Assembly (NCBI GenBank): GCA_050294405.1
Contig: JBNKOC010000010.1
Span: forward strand, 1-32,879
Source of the DNA: Fibrobacteria bacterium
Lineage (GTDB): Bacteria; Fibrobacterota; Fibrobacteria; UBA11236; JADFYW01
Direction of reading: 5' to 3'
DNA: 32,879 nt
The notes under the pieces are model-generated. The model did not search any database and was not told the origin of the DNA. It saw only the letters and a list, made by a program, of their open reading frames with translations. The translations under genes and the position numbers were made by a program. Positions 25,962 through 32,879 of the stretch are shown here, in pieces; the stretch's first letter is position 1, and each line of letters begins with the position of its first letter.

Positions 25962-27442
25962 GATTCATCATCCCACTTTAAACAACGGGTAACCGCATCT
26001 TTCCATTTTGCATACATCTTATTTGCTTTGGCAGGGTCCAAACTTGGCTCAAAATTTTTATCTGTAGTTTGGAGTTGGTAAAATTCTTTTTCAGACCAGA
26101 CATTAGCCATTATGCCCGCAAGGCCCGCTACTCCCCAGGCCGTGGTCTCAATATTTTTAGGGCGCTCCACCTTTACCCCTAACATATCCGACTGAAACTG
26201 CATTAAAAAATTATTTTTACAAGCCCCGCCATCCACCTTTAAACAACTTATTTTTTGGGGCAATTGCTGGTTCATTAAATCCACCACATCTTTGACCTGG
26301 TAGGCGAGAGCTTCCAGAGCCGAACGGGCAATGTGATTTACATTTGTCCCTCGGGTGATACCTATTAACATGCCCCTGGCAGAGGAATCCCAATAGGGCA
26401 CTCCCAACCCCGTTAGAGCAGGGACAAAATACACTCCATCACTATCGGACACGGACAAAGCCATTTGTTCTGATTCTTCTGCTGATGCTAAAATTTTAAG
26501 GTTGTCTCTAAGCCATTGGATAACCGAGCCTCCGGTAAAGACGCTGCCCTCCAAAGCATACATGGTCTGATTATTGTAACTCCAACCCACGGTTCCCAAT
26601 AAACCTCCCTCGGGCACAATGGCTTTTTGGCTGGGCGTCATTAAAAACAAACCTGTTCCATAGGTGTTTTTAACCACGTTTAGATTCCCCGACCATTGTC
26701 CAAACAGGGCCGCCTGTTGATCTCCCAACACTGCTATTATAGGTATTTCTTTTCCCACCCAGTCTTTAGAAATAATTCCAAATTCATCGCCTGATTTTTT
26801 CACTTCAGGCAACATATGCAATGGCGCCCCCCACAAATCCAGTAAGTAGGCGTCATATTTTAAATTATGGATATTTAAACAAAGACTGCGGGAGGCATTG
26901 CTAACATCCGTAACATGGCTTTTTCCCCGGGTTAATTTCCAAACTAGCCAGCTGTCCACTGTGCCGCATAATAAATTTCCATCTAGGGCCTTTTGTTTTG
27001 CCCCGGGAACATTATCCAATAGCCATTTAATTTTAGTGCCGCTAAAATAAGGGTCAAGGGGCAGCCCTGTTCTTTGCCGGATTTGTTCTTCTTCTGATTT
27101 TAAATTATTGCATATATCAGCGGTTCTGCGGCATTGCCAAACTATGGCATTGTATACGGGGTTGCCGCTGTCTTTTTCCCAAATCATAACGGTTTCCCTT
27201 TGATTGGTTATTCCCGCGGCTACGATTTGGTTGACATCTATTTTTTCGCAAAGTCTCTTAAAAACACTCAAAGTGGATTTCCAAATTTCCATGGGGTCAT
27301 GTTCAACCCAACCTGCTTTGGGAAAGTATTGCGTAAACTCCTGATAGGAAGAGGCCAACAGCTCTCCTTTAGAGGAGAAGGCCACCACCCTGTTGCCTGT
27401 TGTGCCTAAATCAAATGCCAATACAATTTTTTCTGCGCTCAT
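25958..27442 (-). CDS. glpK: Glycerol kinase
   Basis: DLGTTG, GWVEHDP, ITNQRET, WQCRRT, GDQQAALFG, KNTYGTG and YALEGS. Confidence 0.97.
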   Translation of the reverse strand: MSAEKIVLAFDLGTTGNRVVAFSSKGELLASSYQEFTQYFPKAGWVEHDPMEIWKSTLSVFKRLCEKIDVNQIVAAGITNQRETVMIWEKDSGNPVYNAIVWQCRRTADICNNLKSEEEQIRQRTGLPLDPYFSGTKIKWLLDNVPGAKQKALDGNLLCGTVDSWLVWKLTRGKSHVTDVSNASRSLCLNIHNLKYDAYLLDLWGAPLHMLPEVKKSGDEFGIISKDWVGKEIPIIAVLGDQQAALFGQWSGNLNVVKNTYGTGLFLMTPSQKAIVPEGGLLGTVGWSYNNQTMYALEGSVFTGGSVIQWLRDNLKILASAEESEQMALSVSDSDGVYFVPALTGLGVPYWDSSARGMLIGITRGTNVNHIARSALEALAYQVKDVVDLMNQQLPQKISCLKVDGGACKNNFLMQFQSDMLGVKVERPKNIETTAWGVAGLAGIMANVWSEKEFYQLQTTDKNFEPSLDPAKANKMYAKWKDAVTRCLKWDDES

Positions 27443-27444
27443 AT

Positions 27445-28152
27445 TTACCCCTTTTGTGAATTGAGAAATTTATCAGGATAATCTGTAAAAACCCCGTCTA
27501 TTCCCAGTTGAGATAATTTTTGAAAATCTTTTTCTTCATTTACAGTATAAGCGTAAAGTTTTAACCCATGTTGCCTGCAGTAATCCACTTCATTTTTTCC
27601 CACAATATTTTTATTGTAATGAATAGAAAACAAATGGGGCAAAAATTTTTCCTGGGACGCCAGGTTTTTTTCATCGAGAATCAATCCCACTCTGTACTTG
27701 TCCGTTAGTTCACAAAATTCTCCCAGCTCGGATAAATCCAGGGAAGATATCAATGCGTTTTTTTTCCAACTTTCCTTATACTGGTGTTTATCCAGCAATT
27801 GATAACATGCCTTTGCACTGCCTTTTCCCTTTAATTCAATATTCAAGTTTATTTTATTGTGGGCCAATCCAAGCACTTGCTCCAAACTGGGAATACGCAG
27901 CCCTTGGGGTAGCTCTAAATGTTGCAGCTCTTTGAAATTTAATTCCTGTATGTTTCTGTTCAGCTTCGTTAATTTTTCCAAGGAAAAGTCGTGGAACACG
28001 ACCAATTCCCCACTGGCGCAAACATGAATATCCAATTCAGCCATGGTTGCCCCCATATCTATTGCCAATTGAAAAGATTCCAGGGTATTTTCTGTTTTAT
28101 ATCCGCTGGCACCCCGGTGGGCAATAATTAACATCCCATTATTTTTAGTCAT
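27445..28152 (-). CDS. Glycerophosphodiester phosphodiesterase (UgpQ/GlpQ family)
   Basis: IIAHRGAS...ENT, ELDIH, VFHD, NIELK and GVFTDYP. 2 bp from glpK. Confidence 0.93.
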   Translation of the reverse strand: MTKNNGMLIIAHRGASGYKTENTLESFQLAIDMGATMAELDIHVCASGELVVFHDFSLEKLTKLNRNIQELNFKELQHLELPQGLRIPSLEQVLGLAHNKINLNIELKGKGSAKACYQLLDKHQYKESWKKNALISSLDLSELGEFCELTDKYRVGLILDEKNLASQEKFLPHLFSIHYNKNIVGKNEVDYCRQHGLKLYAYTVNEEKDFQKLSQLGIDGVFTDYPDKFLNSQKG

Positions 28153-28501
28153 AATTTTTGATGTTTCCTTCTTGTTGCTAATTTTTAAAATATATATCTC
28201 GAAACTCGATAAAAATGGGAATTTGAGTTTTTGGGGTAATAAATAAAATTATAAATCAAAGGTAAAAAATGAGATTATTTTGGGGAATAATTGTTCACTA
28301 AATGTTAATAGAATAAGAACAACTCCATTGCAACAATTTTGTCAAAAAGAAGTTTAGACCTAGGCAATCCAAGGAGGGCTAAAAATTCGTTTAAATTGTT
28401 TAAAAAACAGAATGTTTTCATAATTATTTTTTTTCTTTGACAGTGCTCCACTAAGTTGCTTTTATTGAAAAACACGAATGAAACAGGGAAAGTAACTCCA
28501 A

Positions 28502-29923
28502 GTGAATGTTGATAAAATGTTTATAGAACCTTTTCAAAAGCCATTATGGGAAAAGTGTTTGGAGGAACTTAAGGAAAAAATTCCCGAGTCGGCATTTTAC
28601 ACTTGGTTCCCCAATTTGGAATTTGTTGAAATTTCAGACAGCCATTTGACTATTGGCACCCCCAACAATTTTGTACTGGATTATGTGTCACACCATTACA
28701 AAATTATTATTCAAGAAGCTGTTCAAAAGGTAACAGGCCAAAGTCTCATTGTGCATTTCGCCAACTTAGATAAAGCCTGCAACAGCCAGTATGCTGAAGA
28801 CAGCCTACCAATTGAAGAGCTACCTTCTGAATCTTTTGAATCCAAGCCCGAACAGCCATTTACAGAAATAGATACTCGTATACAGCTAAACGGCGATTAC
28901 ACTTTTGACAACTTTGTCATTGGGGACTGTAACCAGCTTGCCCAAGCAGCCTGCAAAGCAGTTTCAGAATCTCCCGACAGAAATAATTTTAATCCGCTTA
29001 TTTTATACGGTGGAACAGGCATGGGAAAAACCCATTTGCTTCACGCCATTTGCCACTTTATCGCCGACGCAGAAACTGCCAAAAAGGTCGTCTATCGCAC
29101 CTCAGAGGAGTTTACAAGGGAATATATTGAGTTTGTTCATAAAGCAAAAGATTCTCGTTCCTTTTATCGTGTTTATGAAGATGCCGATGTTTTGCTAATT
29201 GATGACATTCAATTTTTGGCTAATAAAAACAGCACTCAGGAAGAGTTTTTCAATATTTTTAACAACCTTTCCCAGTTAAACAAACAAATTGTAATTACAT
29301 CGGACAGGTTGCCCTCGGAAATCAAGGGGCTGCACTCCCGCTTGCTTTCCCGTTTTGATACTGGTCTATTAGCTAGTATGCAACCTCCTGATTTGGAAAC
29401 CCGCCTGGCTATTTTAAAGAAAAAACAAAACAACAAATCCGGTGTGTTTTTAACTGAAGAAATACTTTCTTATGTGGCAAACTCTGTAACTTCCAACATC
29501 AGGGAATTGGAAGGCACTTTAATCAAACTTACGGCCTACGCCTGTTTTACTAAGATGCCCATTACAGTTGAGATTGCCAAACAAATCTTGGGCGACACTG
29601 TTAAATACAGCAATCAGCCTTTAAACCTCAGAAGCATTTTAATGGCTGTTTCCGAAGAGTTTAATGTATCTGTAAGCCAACTGACTTCCCAATCCCGGAA
29701 AAAAAACGTGGCCATACCCAGGCATTTGGCCATGTATTTGGCTCGCAAGCTTACCGACAACAGTTTGCACACCATTGGCTTTGCCTTTGGCAGAGATTAT
29801 TCCACTGTTATTCACAGCATCAAAAAAGTGGGAGAGCTCATGGACGGCGATATGGAATTCGGCAAAAAGGTTCAAAAAATAAAAGACAACCTTGCCCGAA
29901 ACCGCGACAAGTTCAACAGCTAA
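28502..29923 (+). CDS. dnaA: Chromosomal replication initiator DnaA
   Basis: YTFDNFV.G..N, NPLILYGGTGMGKTHL, LLIDDIQFL, RLLSRF, NIRELEG and domain IV PRHLAMYL..RDYSTVIH. Start may be the ATG at 28517. Confidence 0.97.
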   Translation: MNVDKMFIEPFQKPLWEKCLEELKEKIPESAFYTWFPNLEFVEISDSHLTIGTPNNFVLDYVSHHYKIIIQEAVQKVTGQSLIVHFANLDKACNSQYAEDSLPIEELPSESFESKPEQPFTEIDTRIQLNGDYTFDNFVIGDCNQLAQAACKAVSESPDRNNFNPLILYGGTGMGKTHLLHAICHFIADAETAKKVVYRTSEEFTREYIEFVHKAKDSRSFYRVYEDADVLLIDDIQFLANKNSTQEEFFNIFNNLSQLNKQIVITSDRLPSEIKGLHSRLLSRFDTGLLASMQPPDLETRLAILKKKQNNKSGVFLTEEILSYVANSVTSNIRELEGTLIKLTAYACFTKMPITVEIAKQILGDTVKYSNQPLNLRSILMAVSEEFNVSVSQLTSQSRKKNVAIPRHLAMYLARKLTDNSLHTIGFAFGRDYSTVIHSIKKVGELMDGDMEFGKKVQKIKDNLARNRDKFNS

Positions 29924-29955
29924 CGAAACAAAAATTGAGCTTTTAATAACGGCTT

Positions 29956-32202
29956 CTATACAGAAGCCGTTATTTTTTTGAAACCTTCGGGGTGGTAAAG
30001 GATTTTACCCCTATCTTTGATGTTCTTCATAGCCGCTTTGGCCGCTTCTTCCATTTGGCTATCATCAGTTCCTTGAGCAATCAGATAACGAGCTACCTCT
30101 GCCAGAGGATGTTTATTGGTTTCGGACAAACAGAGTTTTGCCTTTTCCAAATTTCCCTCGGCTCGATTAGCTTCTGCTTGTAAAATTTCCCAAAGCCCAC
30201 TCCAGGGAATTTTTTCTTCGGCGAATTCCAAAAGCTCTTTAAGGGCGTCCCAGTTTTGTTGCTGGATAAAACTCCAACCCAACATGTATATGGGTTCCTC
30301 CACATCGTTTTCCAGAGCTGAGCCCCCTTCGGGAATTTTGAAAAAACTGGGTTTTCCGTCTTTATAAATTTTGTCTTTTAGCAATTGTTCCGCCTTGGCA
30401 ACATTTCCACGACGCAACTCCAATTCTGACTTGAGGGCCCAAAATTGCGGGGCCTCCGGCCAATTGGATTCTCCGCATCCGATAAATTTTTCAGAGCTTT
30501 CCCAATCTTCCAGCTCGAAAGAGTATTTAATACCGTTATACAAAGACAAAAAGTTAGGCTTTTCCACCATAATGGCATCCAACTGGGATTCCATAGCTTC
30601 TTTAACCCGGTTCAACCCATACAAAATGGTTCCATTCAAAACCGCCAAACGGTTTTTTTCTTCCCCGCTTTTTTCCAAAGTTTCTTTGGCTTCTTCAAAT
30701 TTTCCCAACCGACTCAAGGCCATAGCTATGTATATATTCGCGGGGCCTTTATTGGATTCAATTTCACTTAAAGCCTGATAAGCCTCAAGAGAAATCCGAT
30801 GTTCATCGCACCTGGCAGATTGCATGCCCAGGTGATAATAGAATTCCCTTTGTTTGTCCTGAGAAACAGTGTAGCGTTTTTTCCAGGCGCGTTGGGCAAA
30901 AATTCCTGCAGTAAGATAAAAACCATTCTCGTTCAAAAGTTCAGCTATAGCCACAAATTGCAGGGGCTCTTTCGCTCCGGTAAGGACGATGTTAATTAAA
31001 CGTCGGATGGATTCTTTTTGAGTAAAAGCCTGAATGTATTTTTTATGTAAATGCCACTCCCCGTGGAGTTTGTCCACTAGCCCTAACTTTAAAAGAGAAA
31101 TACAGTATTGAAGATGGTAATCTGAAGACTCGGGCTCCAGGGAAAGGGCTTTTTTGTGGGCATCTAACACCTGGGCTTCGTTACTTTTTTCAGAATCCAA
31201 CAAGCGGGCGTAGGCGCTAAGAGCTTCCGGATATTCCGGCGCAGCGGCAATGGCTCTTTTTAACAGAAGTTCCGCTTTAAAACTATTTCCCCTAGCCATC
31301 CATAGTTTCCCCAAATTCGTATTTGCCAAAGGGTGGTTAGGGTTGCTTTTTAATACTTCCTGATAGGTTTTTTCCGCGATTTGCAAATCCCCGGATTTTT
31401 CCTGGGCAAAGCCTTTAAGGGCAAGGGCATCGTCATATTGAGGCATCATGCTCAACATTTTATCCAATTGGCTGATACAATTTTCAAAGTCTCCCAGAAA
31501 AAAGGCATACATAGCCACTTCAAAAAGCAGTTCAAAATTTTCGGGCTGCAAGCTAAGGCATTTTTCCAACACCCGGTAATTAAAACGATGGCGTTCCTGA
31601 GGAGCAGCCGGGTTGTGGAAGCTCCCAAAATTTAAGGAGGCAATCAGCATTCCAGAACCCTGGAGCATGGGAGCCCGGGATTCAATTTTTTGTTTGAGTT
31701 CCCCGGCAATAGCTAAAAAATCGGGACTGTCTTTGGCTTCATCCAATAATAAGGAAGCTCTTTCCCAGTTTTCGCTGAGGCTAAAAGCCAAGATAGCCCA
31801 TTTTTGAATTTGAGGATCAGCCTTAAATTGTGCCAAGCAGCTTTCGGCCAACTCACTCAGGCCCTGTTCCAATTGAGGTTCAAAAAGGGAAAGCCAAAGC
31901 AATATGGCTTTGGTATTGGGATGGCTTTCAGAAGCGGTTTTGGCCATCTCGATGGATTTTTCAAATAATTCCGAATTACCATTAATTAACCCATCACACA
32001 AATTGGCTACAAGCAGAGCTTCCAAATCTTTTCCGTTCAGAGAGGAAATTTCTTTGTTCGAAAACTTTTCCTGAATTTTGTTGCGCTCGGACAGGGCCGG
32101 CAAGCTACTTACTACAGGGTTCCACCAGTTTTCGGCGTTTCCATTTTTTTGGTTAGAATTTTTGGAATTTTTTGAGGATTTCTTTTTTGTTGAAGCATTC
32201 AT
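29956..32202 (-). CDS. Tetratricopeptide repeat protein
   Basis: Many TPR-like units, e.g. YQEVLKSNPNHPLANTNLG and LKRAIAAAPEYPEALSAYA. Confidence 0.85.
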   Translation of the reverse strand: MNASTKKKSSKNSKNSNQKNGNAENWWNPVVSSLPALSERNKIQEKFSNKEISSLNGKDLEALLVANLCDGLINGNSELFEKSIEMAKTASESHPNTKAILLWLSLFEPQLEQGLSELAESCLAQFKADPQIQKWAILAFSLSENWERASLLLDEAKDSPDFLAIAGELKQKIESRAPMLQGSGMLIASLNFGSFHNPAAPQERHRFNYRVLEKCLSLQPENFELLFEVAMYAFFLGDFENCISQLDKMLSMMPQYDDALALKGFAQEKSGDLQIAEKTYQEVLKSNPNHPLANTNLGKLWMARGNSFKAELLLKRAIAAAPEYPEALSAYARLLDSEKSNEAQVLDAHKKALSLEPESSDYHLQYCISLLKLGLVDKLHGEWHLHKKYIQAFTQKESIRRLINIVLTGAKEPLQFVAIAELLNENGFYLTAGIFAQRAWKKRYTVSQDKQREFYYHLGMQSARCDEHRISLEAYQALSEIESNKGPANIYIAMALSRLGKFEEAKETLEKSGEEKNRLAVLNGTILYGLNRVKEAMESQLDAIMVEKPNFLSLYNGIKYSFELEDWESSEKFIGCGESNWPEAPQFWALKSELELRRGNVAKAEQLLKDKIYKDGKPSFFKIPEGGSALENDVEEPIYMLGWSFIQQQNWDALKELLEFAEEKIPWSGLWEILQAEANRAEGNLEKAKLCLSETNKHPLAEVARYLIAQGTDDSQMEEAAKAAMKNIKDRGKILYHPEGFKKITASV

Positions 32203-32282
32203 ACTTTTGATTTTTCTCAGCTAAAACTCTTAATAAACAGTCCTTAAACTTAGAAAAAAAAAGTAAAAAATTTAAAAGAATC

Positions 32283-32312
32283 CTGACAGGAGGAACCCTC
32301 TGGTGGTATAAT
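32283..32312 (+). promoter_or_regulatory. sigma70 promoter with extended -10
   Basis: CTGACA-N18-TATAAT with a perfect TGnTATAAT, 27 bp before the ATG at 32339. Confidence 0.7.
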
Positions 32313-32338
32313 GAAATTGTCGCGCAAAGGGAATTAAA

Positions 32339-32879
32339 ATGGAATACTATAAAAAGGTAAATGCTGCTATTGAGGAGCTATTCGGCAAGAATATCCAGGA
32401 CCCCTCCCAGGATAGTGATAGTGTAGAGCCTGAAAAAACCGATTGGAACTCCAACTTTCCTCCCCATTTGGATGAGTCATTCGTAAGACTTGGGGATAAA
32501 TATATCAGTTTCCAAAATATGGAATACGCCATTGAATGTTACCGGGAAGCTTTAAGGATTAATCCCAAAAATACCATGGCCTTTAATCGCCTGATAATTC
32601 TGCCCAGCCACCTGTACTTGCCCGAGTCAGATCCAGAAAAAAAAATGATTCAGTTGGCTGTGAATGACGCTTTCCGGCAAACCTGGGTTGGAGGTTACAT
32701 AGTCCTATCCAAAATGTTGAACAGTGAAAAACGCAAAGATGTATTGACTATTATGGACAGCATCCAAAACTTACCCAGTGAATATTTTGACAAGCACAGC
32801 GGCCCAAATAGAGATTATGGGGTGGTCTATTTAAACGGCAAATCCTATGTATGGATGATTAATAATTATGAAGATTTGG
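32339..32879 (+). CDS. TPR plus DUF3768-like protein (runs off the window)
   Basis: Not in the ORF track. Open frame MEYYKK...LGDKY.....MEYAIECYREALRINPKN (TPR)...NDAFRQTWVGGYIVLS...RDYGVVYLNGKSYVWMINNYE. Confidence 0.75.
   Translation, partial: MEYYKKVNAAIEELFGKNIQDPSQDSDSVEPEKTDWNSNFPPHLDESFVRLGDKYISFQNMEYAIECYREALRINPKNTMAFNRLIILPSHLYLPESDPEKKMIQLAVNDAFRQTWVGGYIVLSKMLNSEKRKDVLTIMDSIQNLPSEYFDKHSGPNRDYGVVYLNGKSYVWMINNYEDL

Noticed and set aside
29808..29816. Perfect relaxed DnaA box TTATTCACA inside dnaA
   Set aside because: Single copy, explained by codons for the conserved V-I-H-S residues.
267..32532. Many short antisense or alternate-frame ORFs in the track (e.g. 2390-2896 +, 10079-10495 +, 13574-14038 -, 30371-30778 +)
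   Set aside because: They overlap well-supported genes and show no recognisable motifs, as expected for shadow ORFs.
1..32879. CRISPR arrays, rRNA, tRNA, IS elements, prophage
   Set aside because: No spaced direct repeats, cloverleafs, transposase or phage genes were seen by eye. Intergenic gaps are short and mostly explained.

Overview
Bacterial chromosomal window, roughly 40% GC. A flagellated Fibrobacterota-like lineage is plausible but this is inference only. Bases 1-13.2 kb hold a minus-strand flagellar block: ylxF/motE-like, fliK, flgD, flgE, flbD, motA, motB, fliL, fliM, fliY/N, fliO, fliP and a partial fliQ. Upstream sit an orphan flgM and an unannotated 59-aa gene with its own sigma28 promoter and terminator. 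The block is cut into units by sigma54, sigma28 and possibly sigma70 promoters. The rest is mixed housekeeping: degenerate HD-GYP protein, lipoprotein, xerC, hisC, a protein ending in a lone HisKA/DHp domain, queE-queC, a Lpd/SthA-family flavoprotein without redox cysteines, an MFS permease, a DTW tRNA-modifying enzyme, an RpoD/RpoS-like sigma factor behind a sigma54 promoter, hemW, a pentapeptide-repeat protein, glpK, a GDPD, an orphan dnaA and two TPR proteins (the last partial, DUF3768-like). No rRNA, tRNA, CRISPR array or mobile element was recognised. The best candidates for something undescribed are the flgM / sigma28 small protein / degenerate HD-GYP module and the sigma54-to-sigma70 cascade. 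All calls come from reading motifs by eye; no searches were run.
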